This document shows positions 1-9,168 of a stretch of DNA of 64,000 nucleotides, in pieces (position 1 is the stretch's first letter; every line of letters starts with the position of its first letter). The notes under the pieces are model-generated. The model had not been told where the DNA came from and did not search any database. It worked only from the letters and a program-made list of their open reading frames with translations. The position numbers and the translations under genes were made by a program. The stretch is from positions 260,187 through 324,186 of the forward strand of contig CAYHXX010000001.1 of NCBI GenBank assembly GCA_964360785.1. Direction: 5' to 3'. This DNA comes from an uncultured Gammaproteobacteria bacterium (GTDB taxonomy: Bacteria; Patescibacteriota; Microgenomatia; Woykebacterales; RBG-16-39-9b).

Positions 1-101
1 AGCCGTAGTTGGGGAAATCTACCAAAGAAAAATATTATCGGGAAAGCTTGGCTGCGTTACTGGCCACTAAACAAGATCGGTTTTGTCAAACACCCAAAAT
101 A

Positions 102-941
102 CTAGCCTACCAATCTTTTGTAAAGATTTTCTAACTCTTCATCGGTTTTGAACATTATCAAAAGCCGACCACCGGCTTTGGATTTGGAAAGTTTGGTTTT
201 ACAACCAAGTGAGTTTGCTATTTCTTGCTCATATCGAGCTACTTCAGGAGTGTGTTCATATTCTCTTTTTGTTCGTGGTTTTACATCCGCTCCGGCTTTC
301 AGCCGCCGCACTAGCTCCTCGGTAGCGTGCACCCCTAGATTTTCAGCCATCACCGTTTTGTAACCTTGCAAAATAAGGTTTATATCCTCAAGTCCAAGTA
401 AAGCTTTGGCGTGACCTTCGGTAATTGCGTTCTGCAACAAACCGTCTTTGAGGGCATCGGGAAGCTCAAGCAAACGCATCGTATTAGAAACGTAGGGGCC
501 ACTTTTTCCAACCCGCTGCCCTACTTCAGTAGCTGTCATAGAAAACTCTTCCATAAGCCTCTTGTAGGCTTGTGCGCGCTCCAAAGCATTGAGATCTACT
601 CTTTGGACATTTTCGACAATCGCCATCTCAAGCATTCCCTGAGGACTGGTTTCCCGAACCACAACTGGTACCTTGGTGAGACCTGCAAGCTTGGAGGCTC
701 GCCATCGACGTTCTCCGGCAATGATTTGGTAACCTGCTGGTGTTTTGGCAATAAGAAGTGGTTCAAGCACACCGTGCTCTCGAACGGACTCAGCCAATTC
801 AACTAAGGTTTCAGGTAAAATTTGCCCGCGGGGTTGGAGCGGATTTGGTTGGAGTGAATCAATATCAAGCTCGACTGATTCAGATTCTTGTACTTCCATT
901 TTAGCCTTTCTGAGTGTTTTCCTGTATTGAAAAACCTGCAA
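102..941 (-). CDS. parB: ParB/Spo0J-like chromosome partitioning protein; HTH and ParB nuclease-like N-domain
   Basis: 279 aa. The motif GERRWRAS is present and overall similarity is to the Spo0J/ParB family. No parA lies adjacent; the gene sits directly downstream of rpmA. Confidence 0.8.
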   Translation of the reverse strand: MQVFQYRKTLRKAKMEVQESESVELDIDSLQPNPLQPRGQILPETLVELAESVREHGVLEPLLIAKTPAGYQIIAGERRWRASKLAGLTKVPVVVRETSPQGMLEMAIVENVQRVDLNALERAQAYKRLMEEFSMTATEVGQRVGKSGPYVSNTMRLLELPDALKDGLLQNAITEGHAKALLGLEDINLILQGYKTVMAENLGVHATEELVRRLKAGADVKPRTKREYEHTPEVARYEQEIANSLGCKTKLSKSKAGGRLLIMFKTDEELENLYKRLVG

Positions 942-956
942 TTTCGGATCTTGTTT

Positions 957-1223
957 CTAAGAACTTGGTTCCGAAGGATTAACTTCAATTATCTTCTTTC
1001 CACGTCGGGTTTTTACATTTACCTTACCATCGACCTTGGCAAAAAGTGTGTGGTCACGACCACGACCAACGCCAGCTCCTTCATGAAAGGTTGTGCCCAT
1101 CTGTCGCACGATAATAGAACCGCTGGTAATTTTCTCACCACCATAGACTTTAAAACCGAGTCTTTTGCCGGCAACATTACCACCTTGTCTTGCTTTCGAA
1201 CCACCAGCTTTTTTATGCGCCAT
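957..1223 (-). CDS. rpmA: 50S ribosomal protein bL27
   Basis: 88 aa beginning MAHKKAGGS and containing the GxxGxxRGRDH core, a textbook L27. Confidence 0.92.
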   Translation of the reverse strand: MAHKKAGGSKARQGGNVAGKRLGFKVYGGEKITSGSIIVRQMGTTFHEGAGVGRGRDHTLFAKVDGKVNVKTRRGKKIIEVNPSEPSS

Positions 1224-1224
1224 C

Positions 1225-1536
1225 TTAGCCTTCTATCTTATCAATTTGTACTAAAGTAAGTTTCTGCCGATGCCCAGTTTTCTTGTGATAACCAGTCTTT
1301 GCTTTGTATTTGAAGATTGAGAGTTTTTCACCTTTTACCTGATCGACAACTGTTGCTTTAACTTTCGAAGAAAGGATCGGTTTCCCAATCTGAACTTTGT
1401 CTTCATTAACGGTCAAAAGTACATCGTCGAAATCAAAGCTCTTCCCAGGCTCTACTGCAAGTTTTTCAATTTTTAGTTTGTCACCTTCGGAAACCCTGTA
1501 TTGCTTCCCGCCGGTGCGTATTACAGCGTATTTCAT
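1225..1536 (-). CDS. rplU: 50S ribosomal protein bL21
   Basis: 103 aa beginning [15 protein letters not shown], the canonical L21 N-terminus. It lies immediately upstream of rpmA. Confidence 0.92.
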   Translation of the reverse strand: MKYAVIRTGGKQYRVSEGDKLKIEKLAVEPGKSFDFDDVLLTVNEDKVQIGKPILSSKVKATVVDQVKGEKLSIFKYKAKTGYHKKTGHRQKLTLVQIDKIEG

Positions 1537-1614
1537 TTAGAAGTTCTCGAGTAAATATCGCGCATTCCCAATAATCTTAATGCTATCAATCGGGCTCCGC
1601 GCGTTACGCTCGTA

Positions 1615-1643
1615 ATGATATAGGCTTAAGGCTTTTCTGTCAA
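1615..1643 (-). promoter_or_regulatory. Candidate sigma70-type promoter for rplU-rpmA-parB: TTGACA-17-TATCAT on the minus strand
   Basis: On the minus strand, TTGACA (plus 1638-1643) is followed by a 17-nt spacer and TATCAT (plus 1615-1620). This leaves a roughly 70-nt GC-clamped leader before the rplU start codon. Confidence 0.3.
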
Positions 1644-1658
1644 CTGGTTCTCTCTGGA

Positions 1659-2735
1659 TCAGGATTTGTTATCAAGCTCAACCGACTCTGCCAAACCTAC
1701 CAAAATCAACATTGAAATCAAAGAACTACCACCAAAAGAAATAAACGGCAAGGTAATTCCAGTAACCGGCACTATGCCCATATTCATACCAGCATTTACA
1801 AAAAGTTGGATGACAATGACAGTTGCAGCTCCATAACAAAGTAGTTGGCCACTCTTCTTTCTTGCGCGATTTCCAATGACCACAAGTCTATACAGAAGTA
1901 GAGAAAACAGTACTAGAATTGTAAAGATTCCCAAAAAACCCAATTCCTCGGCAGTGGTTGCAAAAATGAAATCAGTTTTTTGCTCAGGCAAAAAGTTCAA
2001 ATGACTTTGTGTACCGCGCCCAAACCCCCGCCCAACAAATTGGCCACTACCTACAGCAATGATTGATTGAACGATGTTGTAACCAGAACCAAGAGGATCT
2101 TGGTAAGGATCTATAAATGTAGTAAGACGGGCTTTTTGATAATCCCGAAGTGAGGAGTACCCAATCGGCAAACAAACTGCAACTATAATTGCCATTGCCA
2201 ACAGTTTCTTCCACGAAAGTCCCGAAAGGTAAACTAGAGAAAACCAAATTACCAGGAGAACAAACGCGCTCCCGAGATCTGGTTGTAAGAATGTCAGCAC
2301 TGCTGGTACTAAAATAAGAAAGAGCGAAAAAATTACATTCCGTGCTTTTGCTACTGTGTGGGAAACAAAGAAGTTTGTTAGAACTAGTACAAGTATTGGC
2401 TTAGCTATCTCCGAAGCTTGCAGAGTGAAAAACCCAAAGTCTAGCCACCGAACAGAACCTCTAGTCTCAAGTCCCAAAACAAAAGTAATTATCAAGAGTG
2501 CTACTAAAGTAACGTAAAACCAACTCGATAAATGAAGCAGTGTCTTGTAGCCAACAAAAAGGCTAAGAAAAAGTAGACTTATCCCAAAAACAAAATAAAG
2601 GACTTGTCTCAGCACATAGCTAGTCTTGTCGAAATCCCCCACTGAGGCGCTATAAATCATCAAGACACCAAACCCAACTAAGGAAAAGGCTGAGATTAAC
2701 AGAATCCAATCAAGTTTCAGAAGAAAATTTTTCAC
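1659..2735 (-). CDS. SEDS-family peptidoglycan glycosyltransferase (RodA/FtsW-like)
   Basis: 358 aa, polytopic membrane protein. It carries the conserved SEDS block GSGxxxGxGxGxGxQ...LPExxTDFIFA..AEELGFLG. Confidence 0.75.
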   Translation of the reverse strand: MKNFLLKLDWILLISAFSLVGFGVLMIYSASVGDFDKTSYVLRQVLYFVFGISLLFLSLFVGYKTLLHLSSWFYVTLVALLIITFVLGLETRGSVRWLDFGFFTLQASEIAKPILVLVLTNFFVSHTVAKARNVIFSLFLILVPAVLTFLQPDLGSAFVLLVIWFSLVYLSGLSWKKLLAMAIIVAVCLPIGYSSLRDYQKARLTTFIDPYQDPLGSGYNIVQSIIAVGSGQFVGRGFGRGTQSHLNFLPEQKTDFIFATTAEELGFLGIFTILVLFSLLLYRLVVIGNRARKKSGQLLCYGAATVIVIQLFVNAGMNMGIVPVTGITLPFISFGGSSLISMLILVGLAESVELDNKS

Positions 2736-5659
2736 GAAGCTTCTTTACCAACTAAAGGTTTTATCGAAAGCTCTGCTCCCACACGAATTTCAGTTGCGAT
2801 AGTTTCTTTCTTGATATAGTCAGTAAATTGCTCTGGCCAGTTTGGAGCTTCAACCCTAATCTTGTCACTTACTGAGAGCCCAGCCTCTTTTCGTTTTTCT
2901 TGAATTGCACGCACCAAATCTCTTGCTTCTCCTTCGGCTTTTAGTTCTGGAGTAATTTCTGTATCCAAGACAACTTGTTCTTTGCTTTTTTTGTCGTTAA
3001 GGACTTCTTTAACATTTACTTCAGCTGCAATTACCTTCTCGATTTCACTCGGAAGTGGGTCTGAATTGTAGGTTATTTTCTGTAAAGGCTGGCGCACTTT
3101 TAGATTTGCTTCTTTTCTCAAAGCGTGTGCTTCACTTGAAATTAAAACTGCCCTCTGCATCTGGTCGATCAATGCTTCATCAACAAGAAACTTTGTCTCT
3201 GGCCAGGTTTGTAGATGGACAGATTCTTCATCTGTAAGGTTTGTAAACATTTCCTCTGTCATAAACGGAATCATTGGTGAAAGTATCTTGGAGAGATCAA
3301 CCAAAACCAGCCAGAGAGTTTGATAAGCAGCGCTCTTATCTGCTCCATTCTCAACTGCTGGGCCCACCCGATCTCTAATCCGGCGGACATACCAGTTTGA
3401 AAGGTCATCAACCACAAACTTTTCAGCAAGGGCTATAGATTCTGCAGATTTAAAAGCTGACAAATTATTTTCAATATTGATAATTGTTTCCGAAAGCCTT
3501 GAAAGAATATAGCGATCAAGTACATTTTGAGGATCAAACGGGTCTTTTGATGGCTCCCAACCATCGACTCGTGCGTAATTCACCAAAAAACTATAAACAT
3601 TCCAGAGACGGATATGAAAATAACGTCGAACTTCATCCGCAATATGATAACCAAAACTGACATTGTTCTCCGGATTGGATCTGAGGTAGAGCCAACGCAT
3701 AACGTCGACTCCCATTTTGTCTGCTGCTTCTTCAAACCAAATCGCATTGCCTTTTGACTTGTGCATTTCTTCACCCTTTTCGTCACGCACACTTCCGTGT
3801 CCCAACAAGGTTTTGAAAGGCGCAACGCCCGCCAAGGCCGATCCCATCGCAATCAGCGAATAAAACCAATTTTTGAATTGTCCGGGGAAAGATTCAGTAA
3901 TAAAATCAGCTGGGAACCAATCCTCCCAATATTTTTTGTCCTCGAAATATTTTAGTGTTGAGAAAGGAACTATCCCCGCATCGAGCCACGGGTTACCAAC
4001 ATCGGGGATACGGCTTGAGATTTCTCCACACTTGGAACATTTAATTTTCAGTTGGTCGACCCACGGGCGATGTGGAGAGTTGCCTTCAAATTCTGCCCAA
4101 CCTTCAATTGCTTTTTCCTTGAGCTCTTCTTTTGAACCAATGACGTCAAAATTGCCGCACTTTACACACTCCCAAATTGGTAGGGCCAAACCCCAATAAC
4201 GCTTTTTACTGATCAACCAATCGTGCAAATTGTTAAGCCAATCAAGTTCTCGATCATAACCCCATTTTGGGATCCAATTTACCTTTTTGATCGACTCTTT
4301 CATCAACTCCCGGTAGGTTTTCTTTTTGCTCGGGTCTTCACGATCAACGGCGATATACCATTCATCGACAACTCGCCAAACCAACTCCGTCTTACAGCGC
4401 CAACAAGTCGGATAGCGGTGTTTGTAGTTTTCAGTCTTAAATAGGAATTTTCCATTGTCCTTACTTTCCAGATATTCGATTATTAATTCCGGATGTTTCT
4501 TGGCATTTTGTCCGGAAAACTCACCAAAACCTTCAATATAGTTTGCCGCCTCATCAATAAGCTCTATCAAGGGAAGCTCTTGTTCTTTGTGAAGTTTAAA
4601 GTCTTCCTCTCCAGCACCTGGAGCAATGTGAACCAATCCAGTACCTTCTTCTGAAGTCACCAAGTCTTCTGCCGCAAGCACACAGTGAAAATTCTTTCCC
4701 TTTACTTCTGAAACGATTGGGAAAGTATCAAAGGCAGCAGTATATTCCCAATCCAACATTTCCTTACCTTTGATTGATTTTGATGGCTTTGCCTCCGTCC
4801 CAATCACTACCGCCACTCTTTCTCTCATAATCCAAAGCTTGTCCTCTCCGATATTTATTAATTCGTAAGTCTCGTTGGGATTTACAGCAACAGAAATGTT
4901 TCCCGGAATTGTCCAGGGTGTAGTTGTCCAAACCAGCAGGTACTCGTTTGGCCGATCAACCAAAGGCAATTTAAAATAAACAGCTTTGTGAACAATCTCC
5001 TTATACTCCTCAGTCAAAATCTCGTGTTGGGAAAGGGCAGTTCCACAGCGTGGACACCAAGGCACGCTATCGCGTCCCTTGTAGAGCCAACCTTTTTCAT
5101 GAACAGTTTTTAGATAGTGCCAGATCGAGTAATTGTTTTCGTCTGAGGAAGTGTGATAAGAATTGTCCCAATCCATAAAGTAACCAAGGCGCTTGGATTG
5201 GTCTGTCTGAACTCCTGAATATTTATTGACACGGTCTTTACAAAGATTTACAAATTTTGCAATTGATTCAAAAACATTCCCAGGAACCAAGTTTTCGATA
5301 TCTTTCTTTGTATGAAGTTCAAGTTCTTTTTCAACTTCGACTTCAACCCAAAGACCTTGTTCATCAAAACCATTTTGGAAGCGTTGCTTGTGGCCTTTGA
5401 GGTTAAAGAATCTTTGCCAAAGATCTTTATAAGTTCGACCCCAAGCATGATGAACACCCATAGGATTGTTCGCAGTGATCGGTCCATCAATAAAAGAGAA
5501 TCGCTTTTCAGAATTCTCATTCTTTTTTAGATATTTTTCTACTAGTGAGCTTTTTTGCCACTGCTGTAGTAGACTTTTCTCCATTTCGGGAAAATCAATC
5601 TTCGGTGAGACTTCTTTAAACATCGGGGTAATTAAACCAAAAAAGGAGTTTTTTAACAA
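2732..5659 (-). CDS. ileS: Isoleucine--tRNA ligase
   Basis: 975 aa class I aaRS with an HHAWGRT (HIGH-like) motif, a KSKGN (KMSKS-like) motif, editing-domain similarity and a C-terminal Zn-ribbon. The real start is probably the internal ATG at about 5623 (MFKEVSPKIDFPEMEK...), because the ORF-track start is a TTG. Confidence 0.9.
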   Translation of the reverse strand: MLKNSFFGLITPMFKEVSPKIDFPEMEKSLLQQWQKSSLVEKYLKKNENSEKRFSFIDGPITANNPMGVHHAWGRTYKDLWQRFFNLKGHKQRFQNGFDEQGLWVEVEVEKELELHTKKDIENLVPGNVFESIAKFVNLCKDRVNKYSGVQTDQSKRLGYFMDWDNSYHTSSDENNYSIWHYLKTVHEKGWLYKGRDSVPWCPRCGTALSQHEILTEEYKEIVHKAVYFKLPLVDRPNEYLLVWTTTPWTIPGNISVAVNPNETYELINIGEDKLWIMRERVAVVIGTEAKPSKSIKGKEMLDWEYTAAFDTFPIVSEVKGKNFHCVLAAEDLVTSEEGTGLVHIAPGAGEEDFKLHKEQELPLIELIDEAANYIEGFGEFSGQNAKKHPELIIEYLESKDNGKFLFKTENYKHRYPTCWRCKTELVWRVVDEWYIAVDREDPSKKKTYRELMKESIKKVNWIPKWGYDRELDWLNNLHDWLISKKRYWGLALPIWECVKCGNFDVIGSKEELKEKAIEGWAEFEGNSPHRPWVDQLKIKCSKCGEISSRIPDVGNPWLDAGIVPFSTLKYFEDKKYWEDWFPADFITESFPGQFKNWFYSLIAMGSALAGVAPFKTLLGHGSVRDEKGEEMHKSKGNAIWFEEAADKMGVDVMRWLYLRSNPENNVSFGYHIADEVRRYFHIRLWNVYSFLVNYARVDGWEPSKDPFDPQNVLDRYILSRLSETIINIENNLSAFKSAESIALAEKFVVDDLSNWYVRRIRDRVGPAVENGADKSAAYQTLWLVLVDLSKILSPMIPFMTEEMFTNLTDEESVHLQTWPETKFLVDEALIDQMQRAVLISSEAHALRKEANLKVRQPLQKITYNSDPLPSEIEKVIAAEVNVKEVLNDKKSKEQVVLDTEITPELKAEGEARDLVRAIQEKRKEAGLSVSDKIRVEAPNWPEQFTDYIKKETIATEIRVGAELSIKPLVGKEAS

Positions 5660-5814
5660 GGGGACACAGATGGACCAAGAACAAGTTACTTCAAGATAAT
5701 GCCGCCCTCGTTAGTATGTAACCAACGAAGGTTAGTATAGTAATTCATAGGTTAAAAATCAATCAGAATTGTTTTTGATTGGAATCAAAATCAACCTGTC
5801 TGCTTCGAACTACA

Positions 5815-6078
5815 TTAAAAATCGAAGCGGACCTGTTTGATGCGCATTCTACCCCCGCGTTTACCAATCGCAGAGTAAAACGCCTGTCCATGGCGACGGC
5901 GAACTTCTTCACCGCCTTTTTCACCTATTTTTGAGTAGAAGTCTACTCCATAAAGCGAGCTAGTCGATTTGCCTCCACGGCGCCCTATTTCTGAAAAATA
6001 AGAGGGACCGTACTTCTTTTTTACAATCAAACCTCCACGCCTGCCCGCTTCGGTTGTTGTGATCGACATTTCTTTCAC
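5815..6078 (-). CDS. KGG-repeat general stress protein (YciG/GsiB-like)
   Basis: 87 aa containing four repeats of the IG+RGG(K/E) type (EAGRRGG, EIGRRGG, KIGEKGG, AIGKRGG), typical of the KGG stress-protein repeat. Confidence 0.6.
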   Translation of the reverse strand: MKEMSITTTEAGRRGGLIVKKKYGPSYFSEIGRRGGKSTSSLYGVDFYSKIGEKGGEEVRRRHGQAFYSAIGKRGGRMRIKQVRFDF

Positions 6079-6167
6079 CCCCTTTCTGCTTTCACCTTAT
6101 CTCTACCACTCAACCAACCCCTTGTCAAGAACAGCAAACTACTCCTTACTATATCTCAATATATATA

Positions 6168-6533
6168 ATGATGCACTTGCATTTCTTGAGTGTCATGCTG
6201 TATGATTTTTTTATTCTTATGGAAGAAGTTTTAGGCAGTAAACCAGTCTTTACTCTCTCCGTAGCAGCGGAGATTTTGAGTGTTCACCCACGTACTCTCA
6301 TGATCTACGAAACCGAAAGTCTAGTAGTCCCGCTTCGTACCAAAACCAATCGCCGCCGTTATTCCCAAAATGACCTGAAGAGACTTCAATTTGTTCGTTA
6401 TCTCACAACTGTAAAGGGAATCAACCTCGCTGGGGTTGAGTCTATACTGGCACTACTACGTTGTGGTGAGAAAAATGGAATCAATCTGCAGAAACTCTGC
6501 TTTCCTGATTTTAGCGAACAAGACTTGGTCTAA
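6168..6533 (+). CDS. MerR-family transcriptional regulator, HspR-like
   Basis: An HTH segment (LSVAAEILSVHPRTLMIYE...RRRYSQNDLKRLQFVRYL...GINLAGV) matches the MerR/HspR DNA-binding domain. The true start may be an internal Met (MEEVLG...). Confidence 0.6.
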   Translation: MMHLHFLSVMLYDFFILMEEVLGSKPVFTLSVAAEILSVHPRTLMIYETESLVVPLRTKTNRRRYSQNDLKRLQFVRYLTTVKGINLAGVESILALLRCGEKNGINLQKLCFPDFSEQDLV

Positions 6534-8164
6534 CTTTTCATACAAGCTTCTATAAATCCGAGATAGAGTGGGTGTGGCGACAAAGGTCGGGATTGGAATT
6601 CCGGATGAGCTTGCGTTCCGACAAAAAATGGATGCTCTGGCAACTCGATCATTTCCACCAGTTTGCCGTTTGGACTGGTTCCAGAAATTACCATCCCTGC
6701 TTTTTCAAAATCTTCCCTATATTTGTTGTTAAATTCAAAGCGGTGACGGTGGCGTTCTGAAATTTCTGATTTTCCATAAAGCTTAGCTACATTAGAACCC
6801 GTTTTCAACTTACAAGTAAACGCTCCGAGCCTCATCGTTCCTCCATATTCTCTGCCAATCAAAAGCTTCTCTTGCTCCGGCATAATGTGTATCACAGGGT
6901 AGGGTGTATCCTTATCAATCTCCTCGGTATTGGCATTTTTCATTCCGAGAATATTGCGGGCAAACTCGATTACCATCATATGAAGCCCGTAGCAGAGACC
7001 AAGCAAAGGTTTATTATTGGTTCGGGCATACTCAACTACTTTGATCAAGCCTTCAATTCCCCGACTCCCAAAACCTCCAGGTATCACAATACCGTCAACG
7101 CTATCAAGGTTTTTAAGTTTCTTCTCGTCCTTTTCAAAATCCTCACTATCCATCCAGCGAAGTTTTGCAGCAGCACCCTTTGCCCAAGCAGCGTGTTTGA
7201 TCGATTCGATCACGGAAACGTAAACATCTTCAAGCTGGTAATCGCCGGTTCCAAAATATTTCCCAACTACAGCAATATTCAAAGGCTTCTTGGCTTTATC
7301 TCGGCTTGCTACCAAGTCTCGCCATGGCTTGAGATCTTTCTTGCCGGGGTCAAGTTTCAACTTTTCCAGTACTCGTTCGCCGAGATTTTGTTCATCCAAA
7401 ATTATTGGAATCTTATAAATAGTGTCCACATCAGGATTTGATATCACGTCCTCAGTGGCGACATTGCAAAAAAGCGCGAGTCTTTCTTTCCGTCGGTCAT
7501 CCAGTCGGTTTGCTGATCGGCCAATAATAATATCTGGTTGAATACCCATGGAGTTTAAAGTTCGTACAGACATCTGCACCGGCTTGGACTTCATCTCTCC
7601 CAAATGTCCGGGGATCGGAAGATAGGCCACATGGATCTGGAGAACGTCGTCAGGATTTTTCAATCGCATGATACGACTGGCTTCGAAAAAGATCGCATTT
7701 TGATATTCTCCGACTGTCCCACCAAGCTCGATCAGGACAATATCGGCATTCCTCGTGGTACCGGCTTCTTTGATACGGCGGGTTATTTCGTCAGTGATGT
7801 GTGGAATCGCCTCAACATCTTCCCCATCATATTCAAAACTTCTTTCCTTACGAATGACTTCTTGGTAAATCTGACCGGTGGTAATGTAGTTGCTGGCTGT
7901 CAGATCTTCGTCCAAAAATCTTTCATAATGTCCCAGATCCTGGTCTGATTCGATACCATCATCGGTGACAAAGACTTCACCGTGCTCCTGCGGCCGGATC
8001 GTGCCAGCGTCGACATTGAGATACATATCGATCTTCACAGGAGAGACTTTGTAACCCTTGCCCTTGAGAATCGCACCAAGCGAGGAGGTGGTAATCCCTT
8101 TCCCGATTCCGGAAATGACACCACCAGAAACAAATATGTATTTCGTATTGTGTTTTGCCATCAA
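6530..8164 (-). CDS. pyrG: CTP synthase
   Basis: 544 aa with an N-terminal synthase domain (IFVSGGVISGIGKGI) and a C-terminal class I glutamine amidotransferase domain (GLCYGLH). Confidence 0.92.
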   Translation of the reverse strand: MMAKHNTKYIFVSGGVISGIGKGITTSSLGAILKGKGYKVSPVKIDMYLNVDAGTIRPQEHGEVFVTDDGIESDQDLGHYERFLDEDLTASNYITTGQIYQEVIRKERSFEYDGEDVEAIPHITDEITRRIKEAGTTRNADIVLIELGGTVGEYQNAIFFEASRIMRLKNPDDVLQIHVAYLPIPGHLGEMKSKPVQMSVRTLNSMGIQPDIIIGRSANRLDDRRKERLALFCNVATEDVISNPDVDTIYKIPIILDEQNLGERVLEKLKLDPGKKDLKPWRDLVASRDKAKKPLNIAVVGKYFGTGDYQLEDVYVSVIESIKHAAWAKGAAAKLRWMDSEDFEKDEKKLKNLDSVDGIVIPGGFGSRGIEGLIKVVEYARTNNKPLLGLCYGLHMMVIEFARNILGMKNANTEEIDKDTPYPVIHIMPEQEKLLIGREYGGTMRLGAFTCKLKTGSNVAKLYGKSEISERHRHRFEFNNKYREDFEKAGMVISGTSPNGKLVEMIELPEHPFFVGTQAHPEFQSRPLSPHPLYLGFIEACMKS

Positions 8165-8268
8165 AAAAAGGCCCTTGGGGAAAGTCTAAATTTCGGGGCC
8201 CACCATTATTCTATCAGAAAACCAACAAGGTATGTCAAGAGAGATTTCTTAAATTTTGGCTGAATCGG

Positions 8269-9156
8269 TTAGTTCGATAATTTTATTGAAGCGATAATTG
8301 TTTCTGCTGTTTTTACTTCCGATAGGTTAAAGTACTCTGTTGGACTTAGTTTTTGGTAGGGGGAATCATCGGGATAACGTCCATGAAAACGCGCGCCCTT
8401 ATAAACATCAAAGAAAACTCCGCTCAATTCACCGAATACCGTATCTTCGTATAACAGACATCCTTCCCCGTTGTCCCCCAGCTTAGGATAGTCATTAATA
8501 TGGTTCAGCTGAATTTCCTTTCTCTGAAAATTTACACCTCTGCTCCTCAAAGACCCTCCCGAAACAGACCATTCCACAACGCTAATTTTATTACCACTTT
8601 CGGTTGTAAGTCCGATTGGTTTTATGCCATATACATTTACCTTGAATACATAGTCATTATTAGTACTATCCACGTTTTCCCCACAACCGCCACCCAAATC
8701 ACCGATTTCTTCGTTATCAACAAAATTTAAGAAAAAGCCATTTGGGCTTTTGACCACTACATAACCCAAACTTGATGGTGTTTTGGCTACATTATTTATG
8801 GTCCAATTGGTTGGATACTTAAAACTCATTCCATTTGAAGCACTGTAAGTTTTCCAATTCGAAGGGATCACAAAAGAGCTTGCCTGCTTGGCAGAAGAAC
8901 TAGCTGTTTTTTCGAGTTCTTTCTTGGCTTGTTCTAGTTTTTCAGCTGGTTTTATTGCCACAATTAAAATCACAAAAAGTATTGGCAGGATAAAAAACAA
9001 TGCTCCACAGCCGATCATTAGTTTTAGAAACAACGGCATACCTTTCTTCGGAACTGTAGTTGGAACTGGCGGTTGGGTAGTTCCAGGAATGGCTGGGACC
9101 CAAACAGCTTGTTCAGTTGTTTGAGGATTTACTGGTGCTGCATTTTGAGTATCCAT
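8269..9156 (-). CDS. Hypothetical N-terminally anchored surface protein. It has a proline-rich N-terminus and a single TM helix, and is an ectodomain paralog of the TFKFL family.
   Basis: 295 aa. The N-terminal 70 aa are nearly identical to the adjacent 9169..9723 gene (EQAVWVPAxPGxTQPPVPTxxPKKGMPLFLKLMIGCG). The ectodomain begins with the motif NWKTYSASNGMSFKYPTNW, which is shared with the other family members. Confidence 0.5.
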   Translation of the reverse strand: MDTQNAAPVNPQTTEQAVWVPAIPGTTQPPVPTTVPKKGMPLFLKLMIGCGALFFILPILFVILIVAIKPAEKLEQAKKELEKTASSSAKQASSFVIPSNWKTYSASNGMSFKYPTNWTINNVAKTPSSLGYVVVKSPNGFFLNFVDNEEIGDLGGGCGENVDSTNNDYVFKVNVYGIKPIGLTTESGNKISVVEWSVSGGSLRSRGVNFQRKEIQLNHINDYPKLGDNGEGCLLYEDTVFGELSGVFFDVYKGARFHGRYPDDSPYQKLSPTEYFNLSEVKTAETIIASIKLSN

Positions 9157-9168
9157 ATATTTTCTTGA

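Noticed and set aside
2047-2247. 66-aa minus-strand ORF nested in the SEDS gene, and similar small nested ORFs throughout
   Set aside because: These sit in alternative frames inside well-supported genes and have no independent support.
5660-5815. Possible T-box riboswitch upstream of ileS
   Set aside because: The region is only about 155 nt and lacks the conserved T-box sequence (AGGGTGGNACCGCG) and a specifier-loop architecture.
6168-6218. ATGATG start at 6168 for the MerR-like gene producing a hydrophobic N-terminal extension (MMHLHFLSVMLYDFFILMEE...)
   Set aside because: The first roughly 17 residues are not part of the MerR HTH and overlap the TATATAAT promoter-like element. A downstream Met is the more plausible start, so the N-terminal extension is not treated as a real signal or TM segment.
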